Part shown: piece after piece, positions 9,225 to 20,084 of the stretch | Numbering within the stretch: position 1 is the stretch's first letter | Layout: every line of letters starts with the position of its first letter | IMG/VR virus record: IMGVR_UViG_3300025840_005100 | Reading direction: 5' to 3' (one strand) | DNA from: an uncultured virus (IMG/VR IMGVR_UViG_3300025840_005100) | Taxonomy: Duplodnaviria; Heunggongvirae; Uroviricota; Caudoviricetes | Length of the DNA: 64,000 nucleotides | Notes under the pieces: model-generated | Seen by the model: only the letters and a program-made list of their open reading frames with translations | Database searches by the model: none | What the model was told of the DNA's origin: nothing | Position numbers and translations under genes: made by a program

Positions 9225-10604
9225 ATGGCGAAGAAAAAAATACTATTACTTTCAGATGACCTTCGAATGTCATCAGGTATTGCAACAGTATCAAAAGAAT
9301 TTGTATTCGGAACCTTTGATAAGTTCGATTGGGTACAATTAGGAGCAGCAGTTAATCATCCAGATAAAGGAAAAGAAATAGATTTGGGTGAAGATGCTCG
9401 TAAAATTAGTGGAGTAAAAGATGCTTCTCTTAAAGTGATTCCTTGGACTGGTTATGGAGATGCAAATATTCTTAGAGAACTAATCATGAGACACCAACCT
9501 GATGCAATTCTACACTTCACAGACCCAAGATATTGGAGATGGTTATATGAGATTGAAGCTGAAATTAGACAGAACATTCCAATCTTATTCTATCATATTT
9601 GGGATGACCTACCAGACCCTGATTACAATAGAGATTACTATGAATCTTGTGATTGGTTAGGTTGTATATCTAAACAAACTTATGGTATTGTAAAAAGAGT
9701 AGGCCAAATCAAATCTCCAACAATTAAAAACTTAGAAGATTGGCAAGTAGATTATGTTCCTCATGGTATCAATTCTGATTTATACAAACCAGTAGAAGTG
9801 CCCGAAGAATTTAGAAAATCGGTTCTTGGTGATAAAGATTACAAGTTCGTTCTGTTTTGGATGAATAGAAACATCAAACGTAAACAACCTTCAGATGTAA
9901 TTTGGGCATTCAAACAATTCAGAGATGGATTACCTGAAGAAGATAAAGATAAGGTATGTTTGATTATGCACACCGCACCAAAAGACCAAAATGGTACTGA
10001 CTTGATTGCAGTTGCAGAAAAGATTGCACCAGAATGTGATATCAAATTTTCAACGGATAGAATTTCACAACAACAACTAAACTATCTTTACAACTTATCA
10101 GATTGTACAATCAACATTGCTGGTAACGAAGGATTTGGTTTAGTAACTGCAGAATCAGTTATGGCTGGAACACCCATTATCGTAAATGTTACAGGTGGAA
10201 TGCAAGACCAATGTGGTTTTAAATTAGATGGTAAATACTTTACCGCAGATGATTATGCAGAGATTGGTTCTTTACACGAATGGAGAAAGTGGGAAGATAA
10301 AGTAACTCATGGTGAGTGGGTGAAACCAGTATGGTCAAGAGCACAAACTATGGTTGGTTCAATTCCTACTCCTTATATCATAGATGATAAAGTTGATGTA
10401 GTAGAAGTATCAGAATCAATCAGATATTGGTATGATATTCCAAAGGAAGAAAGAAAGAAACGTGCATTAGTTGGTAGAAAAGAATTCCAAGGAGAAATGG
10501 GATTAAATGCTAAGAATCAAAATAAATGTATGGCAGATGGTATCCTAAAAGGAATTGAAAATTGGAAACCAAAAGATAAGTTTAACGTTTACAAAATTAA
10601 ATAA
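9225..10604 (+). CDS. GT-B (GT4-like) glycosyltransferase
   Basis: KKILLLSDD…SGIA; VPHGI; NRNIKRK; EGFGLVTAESVMAGTPII. Confidence 0.9.
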   Translation: MAKKKILLLSDDLRMSSGIATVSKEFVFGTFDKFDWVQLGAAVNHPDKGKEIDLGEDARKISGVKDASLKVIPWTGYGDANILRELIMRHQPDAILHFTDPRYWRWLYEIEAEIRQNIPILFYHIWDDLPDPDYNRDYYESCDWLGCISKQTYGIVKRVGQIKSPTIKNLEDWQVDYVPHGINSDLYKPVEVPEEFRKSVLGDKDYKFVLFWMNRNIKRKQPSDVIWAFKQFRDGLPEEDKDKVCLIMHTAPKDQNGTDLIAVAEKIAPECDIKFSTDRISQQQLNYLYNLSDCTINIAGNEGFGLVTAESVMAGTPIIVNVTGGMQDQCGFKLDGKYFTADDYAEIGSLHEWRKWEDKVTHGEWVKPVWSRAQTMVGSIPTPYIIDDKVDVVEVSESIRYWYDIPKEERKKRALVGRKEFQGEMGLNAKNQNKCMADGILKGIENWKPKDKFNVYKIK

Positions 10605-10882
10605 TGAGTAAACCAATATTCGTAATCCGTTTCCCTGGTCATTGGAAATCTAAACAAATTCAAGTATCTCGTAAGGCGATTTATGATATGAAAGATTTGA
10701 ATGAGGATTATCATGTGTTGGTTCTACAAGATAATGAAATTGAAAGTACAAGATTCGAGTGTTTCAATTCCCCCCACGAACCAGAAAAATTAGAAGAAAT
10801 AACAAAACTTACAGAAATCTCAATCCAAAGATGTTTGAGAAATGAAGAAGATAACATAAAAAAAGAATTAGAAGATGAGTAA
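10604..10882 (+). CDS. hypothetical protein
   Basis: ORF translationally coupled to both neighbours. Confidence 0.65.
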   Translation: MSKPIFVIRFPGHWKSKQIQVSRKAIYDMKDLNEDYHVLVLQDNEIESTRFECFNSPHEPEKLEEITKLTEISIQRCLRNEEDNIKKELEDE

Positions 10883-12134
10883 ACCTTTATTAGTATTTCA
10901 GGCACCAGTTGCAACAAGAAGTGGGTATGGTGACCATTCAAGAGATATACTCAAATCACTATTTGAGTTAGATAGATACGATATAAAAATTGTACCAACA
11001 AGATGGGGTAATACTCCACAAGACCAATTAGACCCATCATCGGAATTTGGACAAAAGGTAATCCAAAATATAGCAACCCAAGTTGATAGACAACCTGATA
11101 TCTTTATTCAGATTTCAGTTGCAAATGAATTTAAAAGAGTTGGTAAATATAATATTGGAATTACCGCAGGAGTTGAAACAACAGTAGCACCTCAAGATTT
11201 TTTACAAGGTGGTAATCAGATGGATTTAATTATTACACCATCTCAGTTTACCAAAGATACTTTAGTAAAAACTGTTTACACTCAAGTTGATAAAAACACA
11301 CAACAAAAAACCGGAGAATTAAAATTAACAAAACCAGTTGAGGTTTTATTTGAAGGAGTAAATACAGAGATATTCAATGGTAAATCTTCTTCTTCTATTT
11401 TAGAAGGAGTTGATACAGATTTTAACTTCTTATTTGTAGGACATTGGTTGGCAGGAGATTTAGGACAAGATAGAAAAGATGTAGGAATGATGATTAAAAC
11501 ATTCTGTACAGTTTTCAAAGATTTACCAAAGAAACAACAACCTGGTCTTATTCTTAAAACTTCACAAGCAGGATTTTCGGTAATGGAAAGAGAAGGTATC
11601 TCTAAAAAGATACAAGAAGTAACCAATCAATTTGGTGATTCCTGTCCTCCAATTCATTTAGTATTTGGTGATTTATCAGAAAGTGAATTAAACTCTCTTT
11701 ACAACGATAAAAAAGTAAAGGCAATGTTGATGTTCACTAAGGGTGAAGGATATGGTAGACCACTTGCAGAATTTGCATCAACAGGTAAACCAATTATTGT
11801 TTCCAAATGGAGTGGACATACAGATTTCTTACCAGAAGAAAATACAGTTTACTTAGAAGGTGAGTTAAAAGAAGTACACCCATCAGCATCAAATAAATTT
11901 TTATTGAAAGAATCAAAATGGTTCACAGTAGATTATTCAAAAGCAGCTGGTAAAATCTATGATGTATTCAAAAATTATAAAACTTATTTGAAAAAATCAG
12001 AAGGATTAAAAACAAATATAGTTAAAAACTTTAACTTAACTAAACAAACTGAGGTTCTAAAAGGAATACTTGATAAGTATGTTAAAGTACAACAAAAAGT
12101 AGAATTAAAATTACCAGAAATTAAGAAGTTATAA
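10875..12134 (+). CDS. GT-B (GT4-like) glycosyltransferase
   Basis: TRSGYG; FLFVGHW…RKD; GEGYGRPLAEFASTGKPII. Confidence 0.9.
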   Translation: MSKPLLVFQAPVATRSGYGDHSRDILKSLFELDRYDIKIVPTRWGNTPQDQLDPSSEFGQKVIQNIATQVDRQPDIFIQISVANEFKRVGKYNIGITAGVETTVAPQDFLQGGNQMDLIITPSQFTKDTLVKTVYTQVDKNTQQKTGELKLTKPVEVLFEGVNTEIFNGKSSSSILEGVDTDFNFLFVGHWLAGDLGQDRKDVGMMIKTFCTVFKDLPKKQQPGLILKTSQAGFSVMEREGISKKIQEVTNQFGDSCPPIHLVFGDLSESELNSLYNDKKVKAMLMFTKGEGYGRPLAEFASTGKPIIVSKWSGHTDFLPEENTVYLEGELKEVHPSASNKFLLKESKWFTVDYSKAAGKIYDVFKNYKTYLKKSEGLKTNIVKNFNLTKQTEVLKGILDKYVKVQQKVELKLPEIKKL

Positions 12135-12658
12135 TGGCTTTTACAAGACAGTATAAAACATTTTTAAGACCTGAACGTAGAGTTCCTCGTTCTCAAATCA
12201 GACCGAGGAATATCTATCGTATCACAACGTATCGTGGTGGAGACCCATCTACTAAAAGTGGTGAAGATGCAAGATATATCTTTGTGATTGGTATTGTTGG
12301 TCATAAAGTTCATGCAATCAAACTAAACCCAATTAAACCTATTGATTTTACCAACTTTATCAACAAACTTAGAGATAAGAGAATTCCAATAGGTTCAGAC
12401 CAAGCATTAGAACTTTTACTCAAAAAGTTTTCTAAAGACGGAAATGCTCTTTTTGAATCATATATTAAAAATAATTCTAAAATATATTCTCGTTCCCTTT
12501 CAAATTACAGAACTTATATTTTGAATAGTATTATAAATGTATATGAGATTAGATTTGAAGAAGATTTTCTAAGAAGTTTATTTAAAGAAGGTTCTACCCA
12601 ATCTACAAGACAGCAGATTATAACAGATGAAATAAACGAAGATACAGATGACAATTAG
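12134..12658 (+). CDS. hypothetical basic protein
   Basis: Coupled ORF; Arg-rich N-terminus; no firm family. Confidence 0.7.
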   Translation: MAFTRQYKTFLRPERRVPRSQIRPRNIYRITTYRGGDPSTKSGEDARYIFVIGIVGHKVHAIKLNPIKPIDFTNFINKLRDKRIPIGSDQALELLLKKFSKDGNALFESYIKNNSKIYSRSLSNYRTYILNSIINVYEIRFEEDFLRSLFKEGSTQSTRQQIITDEINEDTDDN

Positions 12659-13268
12659 TTACGCAATAACAGTACACAACGAATTAGAAGAACTAACTAG
12701 GTTATTAGATTTTTTAAACAATAACATTAGAGAAGAAGATGAAATTATAGTTCAGTATGATGAAGATGGTGTAACCCAAGAAGTGGTAGAGTATTTAGAT
12801 ATAATGCGTAAAATGCATGAAATTGTTGTTGTGGAATTCCCTCTTAACAAAGATTTTGCATCTTACAAAAACAATCTTAAAAAACATTGTACAAAAGATT
12901 TCATATTCCAAATAGATGCAGATGAAATCCCAACTGAATATTTGGTGAGATGGTTACCTAAAGTTCTTGAAGATAACCCAGTTGATATTATCTTTGTACC
13001 AAGAGTAAACACAGTTGATGGATTAACTCAACAACACATAGATAAATGGAGATGGAATGTAAACGAAAAAGGTTGGGTAAATTGGCCTGATTACCAAACT
13101 CGTATTTACAAAAATACAGAAGATGTAACTTGGATGAATAAGGTACATGAAAAAATTACTGGTTATGATACATTCTCAAACTTCCCAGCGGAAGAACAAT
13201 GGTCATTGTATCATCCAAAGAAAATAGATAGACAAGAAAAACAAAATCAATTTTACGAAACAATATAA
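12648..13268 (+). CDS. GT2-family glycosyltransferase
   Basis: ISYAITVHNE; FIFQIDADE DxD motif; WPDYQTR; VHEKI. Confidence 0.9.
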   Translation: MTISYAITVHNELEELTRLLDFLNNNIREEDEIIVQYDEDGVTQEVVEYLDIMRKMHEIVVVEFPLNKDFASYKNNLKKHCTKDFIFQIDADEIPTEYLVRWLPKVLEDNPVDIIFVPRVNTVDGLTQQHIDKWRWNVNEKGWVNWPDYQTRIYKNTEDVTWMNKVHEKITGYDTFSNFPAEEQWSLYHPKKIDRQEKQNQFYETI

Positions 13269-13271
13269 GTT

Positions 13272-13577
13272 ATGGAAGGAAAATTTAGACCATTAGGAGA
13301 TAGAGTCCTAATCAAACCACATGAGAAAACAGAAAATAAAACTGCAAGTGGTATTATCTTAACAGAATCATCACAACAATCACAAAAAGTTTATGGTGAT
13401 GTGGTATCCATAGGAACTGGTATCTTTTCTCAGAGTGGAGATAGAATACCAATGACCGTAAAAGTTGGTGATGTGGTGATGTACGAAAAAGGACAAGGTA
13501 CAAACGAAATAGAAGTTGGTACTGAAAAATATTTACTATTTAATGAACACCAATTAATTGGTATAGTAAGTAAATAA
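13272..13577 (+). CDS. groES: co-chaperonin GroES
   Basis: RPLGDRVLIK…TASGIIL…VKVGDVV; no groEL in the window. Confidence 0.95.
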   Translation: MEGKFRPLGDRVLIKPHEKTENKTASGIILTESSQQSQKVYGDVVSIGTGIFSQSGDRIPMTVKVGDVVMYEKGQGTNEIEVGTEKYLLFNEHQLIGIVSK

Positions 13578-13783
13578 TGTTTGTAGAAACTAAAAAAAGA
13601 ACAATACTAAAAACTTTCAGTTGGAGAGTAGTAGCAATACTAAACTCCTTCTTAGTATTGACTGTTAATGTAACAGATAATAATTTTTTGAATGCACTTT
13701 ATATGAACATCACAGGTTTCATCGTGTATTATTTTTTTGAAAGAATTTGGAATAAAATAAAATATGGGAGAGTAACTGAATGA
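13577..13783 (+). CDS. DUF2061-like small membrane protein
   Basis: RTILKTFSWR…YYFFERIWNKI. Confidence 0.8.
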   Translation: MFVETKKRTILKTFSWRVVAILNSFLVLTVNVTDNNFLNALYMNITGFIVYYFFERIWNKIKYGRVTE

Positions 13784-14631
13784 AAATATTAGTAACAGGA
13801 GGTGCTGGTTTCATAGGAACCAACCTCATTAAAAGACTATTAAAAGAAGGTCATGAAGTGGTATCACTTGATGATTATGAAACTGGACTTCAAGAAAATG
13901 AAGTTGAGGGAGCAACATATATAATGGGTGATATTGAATCACTTGGATATTGGAAAGGTGATGGATTTGATTTATGTTATCACTTGGCAGCATTAAGTAG
14001 AATTCAACCATCATTCGAAAACCCAACAGAATGTTTTAGAGTAAATGCTCAAGGTTCACAAGTTGTAGCAGAATGGGCAAGATTAAATAATGTAAAAGTT
14101 GTTTATGCTGGTTCATCTTCAAGATGGCATGACCCATTCCAATCACCTTATGCTGCATTTAAACATATGGGTGAAGAAGTATTCAAACTATACAGACAAA
14201 CATATGGTTTAGATGCTGAGATTTGTAGATTTTATAATGTATATGGACCTGATGAAATCATCGAAGGTGATTGGGCAGCAGTAATTGGAATTTGGAGGAG
14301 ACAAGTTAGAGATGGTGAAAAAATTACCATTGTTGGTGATGGAGAACAAAGAAGAGATTTCACTCATGTAGTTGATATCGTAGATGCACTTTATAGAGTG
14401 GGTATGGGTTCTGAAAAACACGAAGATGCATGGGAACTTGGTTGTGGTGTAAATTATTCAATCAATGAAATGTATGAAATGTTCAAAGAAAAGTTTCCAC
14501 AGATAGAATCACTTTATTTACCAGACCAACCAGGTAATTACAGAAAAACTTTGAGAGAAAACGATGATACTCTTGAAAGATTAGGATGGGAACCAAAAGA
14601 TAGATTAAGAGATTATATCCAAAGTTTATGA
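13780..14631 (+). CDS. NAD-dependent nucleotide-sugar epimerase/dehydratase
   Basis: TGGAGFIG, YAAFK (YxxxK), RFYNVYGP, GDGEQRRDFTHV. Confidence 0.95.
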   Translation: MKILVTGGAGFIGTNLIKRLLKEGHEVVSLDDYETGLQENEVEGATYIMGDIESLGYWKGDGFDLCYHLAALSRIQPSFENPTECFRVNAQGSQVVAEWARLNNVKVVYAGSSSRWHDPFQSPYAAFKHMGEEVFKLYRQTYGLDAEICRFYNVYGPDEIIEGDWAAVIGIWRRQVRDGEKITIVGDGEQRRDFTHVVDIVDALYRVGMGSEKHEDAWELGCGVNYSINEMYEMFKEKFPQIESLYLPDQPGNYRKTLRENDDTLERLGWEPKDRLRDYIQSL

Positions 14632-15461
14632 TTGGAATAGTAGGACAAGGTTTTGTTGGTAATGCAGTTTATCAAAAGTTTAAGAACTATTATGATGTTC
14701 TTACCAATGATTTAGATGAAAATAAATCTACCGCAACATTAGAGAATTTAACTCAAATGTGTAGTACTATTTTCTTATGTTTACCAACTCCAATGAAATC
14801 AGATGGTAAATGTGATACTTCTATATTAGAAAAGGTTTTAGATACGATTGATTTACTTACAGATAATTTAGAAACGAAAAAAACAATAGTAATTAAATCT
14901 ACAATACCACCTGGTACTACTGAAAAATTTAATAAAAGATATGAATCATTGGATATTGTATTTAATCCAGAGTTTCTTACAGAAAGAAACGCGGTAGAAG
15001 ATTACAATAATCAGAATAGAATTATTTTAGGAGGACCAAGACCAAGTACTACTGAATTAAAACAAGTATTCTCAAAAGTATTTCCTAAGGCACATATTAT
15101 TAAGACTGATTCTACTCATGCAGAAATGGTTAAGTATCTTACTAATTCATTTCTAGCAACCAAAGTTTCTTTTGCAAATGAGATATATCAAATTTGTGAA
15201 GGTTTACATATAGATTATGATAAAGTAGTAGAATATGCAACCTATGATGAAAGATTGGGTAAATCACATTGGAACGTACCAGGCCATGATGGTGATTTTG
15301 GTTTTGGTGGACATTGTTTTCCAAAAGATTTATCAGCACTTTTAAGATTAGCAGAAGATTTGAATGTGGTTGATAATGTACTCAGTGCAGTAGAACAAAC
15401 TAATTACTCAGTTAGAAAGAATAGAGATTGGGAACAAATGAAAGGAAGAGCAGTATCATGA
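14628..15461 (+). CDS. UDP-glucose/GDP-mannose dehydrogenase family (short form)
   Basis: GQGFVG, LPTP, KSTIPPG, NPEFL, AEMVKY, GFGGHCFPKD. Confidence 0.92.
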   Translation: MIGIVGQGFVGNAVYQKFKNYYDVLTNDLDENKSTATLENLTQMCSTIFLCLPTPMKSDGKCDTSILEKVLDTIDLLTDNLETKKTIVIKSTIPPGTTEKFNKRYESLDIVFNPEFLTERNAVEDYNNQNRIILGGPRPSTTELKQVFSKVFPKAHIIKTDSTHAEMVKYLTNSFLATKVSFANEIYQICEGLHIDYDKVVEYATYDERLGKSHWNVPGHDGDFGFGGHCFPKDLSALLRLAEDLNVVDNVLSAVEQTNYSVRKNRDWEQMKGRAVS

Positions 15462-16267
15462 GTAAAATAGATGTAGCAATATCAACAATAACAAAATTCT
15501 ATCCAAAAGATATTGAACCTTGGGTAGAATCACTAAATCAAAGTGGATTTGATGGTAAACGAATGATGGTTGTTTATGATGTACCACAAGAAACTATTGA
15601 TTATCTTAAAGAAAATCATTTTGATATTTTTCAATCACAATTATCTCACCACCTTTTTAACCAAAGATTCAGAGATACTGCAATGATTTTAGAAAAATAT
15701 GAGTGTGATAGAATCATTTGGACTGACATTAGAGATGTGGTATTTCAATCAAACCCAACAACATGGTTAAATAAATACCAAGAAAAACCTATCATCGCCT
15801 GTTCAGAAGCAGTAAAACTTGGTGATGATGATTGGGCACAAGTTTGTGCTGGTACTTCATTCAAGTTAGAATGGAATTGGTTACAACACGAAGAATCTTA
15901 TTGTGCTGGTTCTATTTGTGGTGATAAAGATTATATCATTCCTTTGTTCCACAATATTTTTAGATGGGGAATTACTGGTGAGAATCCAACTCAAGCAGCA
16001 GACCAACCTGCGTATAATATCTTAATTAAACAACAACAATGGAAAGATAAAGTACAATTTGTAAAACAAGAAGAAGGTCTTGCAGTACAAATGGGAACTA
16101 CATTTATCAAAAAAGATTTCTTTGGTGATAAGTTAATGGAACCAACTCCTTTAGTAGAAGAAGATGGAACTGTTACAAATCAAAAAGGAGAACCATTTAC
16201 GATTGTTCATCAATACGATAGAAATCCACAATTAAAAGAAATTATACACAAAAAGTATAAAAGATAA
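15458..16267 (+). CDS. putative GT-A glycosyltransferase
   Basis: Start reassigned to ATG 15458; TDIRDVVFQSNP, DQPAYN and IVHQYDR motifs. Confidence 0.65.
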   Translation: MSKIDVAISTITKFYPKDIEPWVESLNQSGFDGKRMMVVYDVPQETIDYLKENHFDIFQSQLSHHLFNQRFRDTAMILEKYECDRIIWTDIRDVVFQSNPTTWLNKYQEKPIIACSEAVKLGDDDWAQVCAGTSFKLEWNWLQHEESYCAGSICGDKDYIIPLFHNIFRWGITGENPTQAADQPAYNILIKQQQWKDKVQFVKQEEGLAVQMGTTFIKKDFFGDKLMEPTPLVEEDGTVTNQKGEPFTIVHQYDRNPQLKEIIHKKYKR

Positions 16268-17046
16268 TGGATATTTATAGAGAACCAAATAAAACAGATA
16301 ATCCAATTGGATTTACTTACGATAAGTGGAAAGAAATAAGACACTTGGGTCAGTATGATAAAGAATACAATGACTTCCTAAAAGACAAAAGAGTCGTAGT
16401 TGTAGGACCAGCTCCCTCTTTAGAAGGTTTGGGAATGGGAAAGTTAATTGATAGTTATGATTTGGTAATTAGAGTAAATAAAGGATTTCCTGTTGAAGAA
16501 GGTCTTAGTAATGATATTGGAAATCGAGTAGATATTCACTATCATTGTTTATGTACAACTATGGAATGTGGAGGACCTGTTTTTTATAAAGAAATGAAAG
16601 ACCAAAATGTTTTTGTTTCATGTCCTTATCCTAAATACGTTGGTCCTTTTTATAACGATGTTGTTAGATTTGAGAATGACAATAAAAAATGGAATTTACC
16701 CTTTCATGTTATAGATACCGAATACTATCTAAATATCGCAGATTGGGTGGGAACACGACCAAATTCAGGTACACTTACCATTGTGGATTTACTTGCTTAT
16801 GATGTTAAAGAATTATACATCACAGGATTTACATGGTTTAGAGGTGGTTGGAGAAAGTCTTATAAAGATATGCAAGAAATATTTGGTGAAGAAAAAGGAA
16901 AAGAACTTGAAACAAAGTGGTTAAATGAAGAATTTAATGGAACTCATAAACAAAAACCACAAGAAGATTTGGTAAGAGAAATATATCTCAACGATGGTAG
17001 GGTTAAGATTGATGATATAATGAAACAAATTTTAGAAGTAGAATGA
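16267..17046 (+). CDS. GT29 sialyltransferase-like protein
   Basis: Sialylmotif-L-like VVVVGPAPSL…IDSYDLVIRVN…DIGNR; motif-S-like PNSG…LYITGF; VS-like H-x4-E. Confidence 0.75.
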   Translation: MDIYREPNKTDNPIGFTYDKWKEIRHLGQYDKEYNDFLKDKRVVVVGPAPSLEGLGMGKLIDSYDLVIRVNKGFPVEEGLSNDIGNRVDIHYHCLCTTMECGGPVFYKEMKDQNVFVSCPYPKYVGPFYNDVVRFENDNKKWNLPFHVIDTEYYLNIADWVGTRPNSGTLTIVDLLAYDVKELYITGFTWFRGGWRKSYKDMQEIFGEEKGKELETKWLNEEFNGTHKQKPQEDLVREIYLNDGRVKIDDIMKQILEVE

Positions 17047-17687
17047 TTATATACATTCCAATAAAAGAAAACTCACAAAGAGTACCTAATAAAAACTTTA
17101 GAGAGTTTAAGGGGAAACCACTTTGGGAACATACCATAGATAAATTAAAAGGTTATAGGGTAGTAGTTGATACCGATTCAGAAACTATTATTGAATCTTG
17201 TAAATTTAAAGAATGGGTTACCACTTATAAAAGGCCAAAAAAATTAAAAGGGGATAAAGTTTCAGTTGTAGATTTAATCAAAAACTACTTTGATAAAAAT
17301 CCAACTAAAGAAATAATAGTACAAATTCATGTAACATCACCTTTTTTTGATGTAAAACATTTAGAAGAAGTACAAAAACAAATTAGATTATATAATTACG
17401 ATTCAGTATTTTCGGTAGATGTGGTTCAAAATAGATTTTGGAGAGATGAAGAATATGGGTTAGTTCCTATTAACCACAATCCAATGAAGTTAGAACAAAC
17501 ACAAGATTTACCAAAATACTATATGGAAAATTCATATCTATATGCATTCAAACAATATGTTTTGGAATTTGGTAATCGTATAGGAAAAAATCCAACTACA
17601 ATACAAGTGGGATTTCCTAACAATTTAGATATAGATACAGAAGATGATTGGAATTTAATAAAAACCTTAGAACACTATGAGCGGTAA
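17043..17687 (+). CDS. neuA: acylneuraminate (CMP-ulosonic acid) cytidylyltransferase
   Basis: IPIKENSQRVPNKN…GKPL; TDS; TSPF; TQDLP; DIDTEDD. Confidence 0.9.
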   Translation: MIIYIPIKENSQRVPNKNFREFKGKPLWEHTIDKLKGYRVVVDTDSETIIESCKFKEWVTTYKRPKKLKGDKVSVVDLIKNYFDKNPTKEIIVQIHVTSPFFDVKHLEEVQKQIRLYNYDSVFSVDVVQNRFWRDEEYGLVPINHNPMKLEQTQDLPKYYMENSYLYAFKQYVLEFGNRIGKNPTTIQVGFPNNLDIDTEDDWNLIKTLEHYER

Positions 17688-18207
17688 ATCACCCCTATTT
17701 AACTTTTTACATTCAAAGAAGAATGAATCTTTAGAAATTTTAGAAATTGGAGTTGCACAATGTGGAACTGGTATCCAAATTCTAGAAAAATATCCTAACT
17801 TCAATTATACCGGTATTGATAAGTGGGAATTTGATAAAACACTTCAACATGAAGGCAATAAAATACGAAATTGGAATTCACAAGAAAAATGGGATGGTAT
17901 TTATCAAACAGTTTTGAATAATACTGAAAAGTTTGGTAATAGGTGTAATATTATAAGAGAATGTTCTCGTGAATTTTTACCTACTTATAATAAAAAATTT
18001 GATTTTATTCACATAGATGGTGACCATTCTGCAGAAGGAGTTTACCAAGATTTACTTCTTTGTAAAGGTCTACTTAAATCTAATGGAATTATGTGGATGG
18101 ATGATATAGAACTTTCTTCGGTAAAACAAGGAGTTAATAGGTTTTTAGAAGAACATACAAATTATAAATTAAAAGATAAATTTAAAGTATATATTACAGA
18201 TGAATGA
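17677..18207 (+). CDS. class I SAM-dependent methyltransferase (Methyltransf_24-like)
   Basis: ILEIGV; FDFIHIDGDHS; GIMWMDD. Confidence 0.88.
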   Translation: MSGKSPLFNFLHSKKNESLEILEIGVAQCGTGIQILEKYPNFNYTGIDKWEFDKTLQHEGNKIRNWNSQEKWDGIYQTVLNNTEKFGNRCNIIRECSREFLPTYNKKFDFIHIDGDHSAEGVYQDLLLCKGLLKSNGIMWMDDIELSSVKQGVNRFLEEHTNYKLKDKFKVYITDE

Positions 18208-18925
18208 TATAAAACACCTTAAAGGAATTGGTAAAGGTAAAAGAATATTTTTAGTTGGTAATGGTCCTTCTTTAAATGATATGAATTTAGACCTTTTGGA
18301 AAACGAAGATTCAATTGCAATGAATCGTATTGAATTAATTTATCCAAAAACAAAATGGAGACCTACTTATTATATTTTTTGTTCTTCTAATTGCGGAGAT
18401 AATAGATGGGGTAAAAAATGGTCTAAATCTATTATTAAAGCCTCCACAGAACCAAATACTCAACCACTAATATGGGATAGATTTAAATCTACTATTGAAA
18501 ACAAATCGGAGGATAAATTACCAGAAGATACAACATATCTAAAATCATTTTCAGAAAATCCTATTGGTAATGATAATTGTTTCTCAACTAATGCAGAAGA
18601 AAGATTGGATAAGAGTGGAACTTCTATGAATGTTGCTCTTCAACTTGCATACTATATGGAATATGATGAAGTTTATATTATTGGTTGTGATTCTAATTGG
18701 AAAACCGCAACCAATACACTTAATACAAAGGAGGGTGATATAAACCACTTCCATCCTGATTATCATGCTCATATTGGTGATGGTAATAGAGAATTTTGGA
18801 GAATGAATACCACACATAAAACTGCAAAAAAATTCTTTGATAAAAGAGGTACAAAGATTATGAACGCAGGAGTAAATTCTGCAATCGATGCATACGAAAA
18901 AATTGATTTTAAAAGTTTGTTTTAA
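18200..18925 (+). CDS. Maf/DUF115/GT42-like ulosonic-acid transferase
   Basis: FLVGNGPSL…MNRI; ALQLAYYM…IIGCD; NHF. Confidence 0.7.
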   Translation: MNDIKHLKGIGKGKRIFLVGNGPSLNDMNLDLLENEDSIAMNRIELIYPKTKWRPTYYIFCSSNCGDNRWGKKWSKSIIKASTEPNTQPLIWDRFKSTIENKSEDKLPEDTTYLKSFSENPIGNDNCFSTNAEERLDKSGTSMNVALQLAYYMEYDEVYIIGCDSNWKTATNTLNTKEGDINHFHPDYHAHIGDGNREFWRMNTTHKTAKKFFDKRGTKIMNAGVNSAIDAYEKIDFKSLF

Positions 18926-18933
18926 AAATAAAA

Positions 18934-19662
18934 ATGAAAATAGCGGTAATAATACCAGGATTAATAAGAACATTTAATAATAATAATGTAATTAAATCTT
19001 TTAATAGAACTTTTGAAGATTACGATATTGATGTTTACTCTTCGATATGGGATATAAGAGGTAAATATACACAAAATAAAAAATATAAATCAACTATAAA
19101 TTATCTTAGTGAAGAAAAAGTTACGGATAGTGATATAGATGTTTTAAAGAAATCATACAAAATAAAAGAAATAAAAGTTGATAGTTTTAAAGAGTGGTCA
19201 GATGAAAATGAAAATTTTTTAAAAGAGTACAATCATAAACACCCAAATTCAGGATATCAAATGACAAAAAACGGTATATTTTCTCAATATTATCAAATTT
19301 TAGAAAGTTTTAAAATGATACCTAATTTAGATTTATATGATGTAATAGTAAAAACTAGATATGATATTACATTTAATAAAATAGAATTTGATAAAATAAA
19401 TTTGGAAGAAAATACTTACTACACATTAGAAGTAACTAATGATATAAATGTACCAACTGATTTTGTATTTTTTGGCACCCCATCATTTATGAAAAAGTTT
19501 ATGGGTATTTATGAGTATATGAAAAATGTAGATGAGTTCAATCCAAATAATTTTCACAAAACACATCCTGTATATACTCCTGAAATATTTACTTTAAAAT
19601 TTTTACAAGATAATAACTATAACTTCAAAAATTTAAAATTAAACCCAAAAAGAATAAGATGA
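18934..19662 (+). CDS. hypothetical glycan-related protein (AT-rich)
   Basis: KIAVIIPGLIRTF…YDVIVKTRYD pattern typical of phage glycosylation loci. Confidence 0.55.
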   Translation: MKIAVIIPGLIRTFNNNNVIKSFNRTFEDYDIDVYSSIWDIRGKYTQNKKYKSTINYLSEEKVTDSDIDVLKKSYKIKEIKVDSFKEWSDENENFLKEYNHKHPNSGYQMTKNGIFSQYYQILESFKMIPNLDLYDVIVKTRYDITFNKIEFDKINLEENTYYTLEVTNDINVPTDFVFFGTPSFMKKFMGIYEYMKNVDEFNPNNFHKTHPVYTPEIFTLKFLQDNNYNFKNLKLNPKRIR

Positions 19663-20084
19663 AAAAACTATACACAGGTGGAACTTTTGATTTATTTCAT
19701 TATGGACATATTAATTTTCTAAGACAATGTTCTAAATTATGTGATAAAGTTATTGTTTCATTAAATACAGATGAGTTTATAGAACAATATAAAGGGAAGC
19801 CTCCTATCATGAATTATGAAGAAAGAGAAAAATCTTTGTTATCTTGTAAATATGTGGATGAAGTTATACCAAATTTATCAGGAGCAGACAGTAAACCAAC
19901 TATATCTTCAGTAAATCCAAATATTATTGCAATAGGTGATGATTGGGCAGGTGGAAATTATTATAAACAAATGGATTTTACTCAAGAATGGTTAGACGAA
20001 AGAGACATTTTATTAGTTTATCTTGCATATACTCAAGGAATATCAACAACAGAAATAAAAAATAGAATAAAAAATGAATTATAA
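19659..20084 (+). CDS. cytidylyltransferase-like protein (TagD/RfaE domain II family)
   Basis: GTFDLFHYGH; IAIGDDW; TQGISTT. Confidence 0.9.
   Translation: MKKLYTGGTFDLFHYGHINFLRQCSKLCDKVIVSLNTDEFIEQYKGKPPIMNYEEREKSLLSCKYVDEVIPNLSGADSKPTISSVNPNIIAIGDDWAGGNYYKQMDFTQEWLDERDILLVYLAYTQGISTTEIKNRIKNEL

Noticed and set aside
12134..12658. T4 gp2-like DNA end protector
   Set aside because: Only a vague pattern similarity; the diagnostic motifs were not seen
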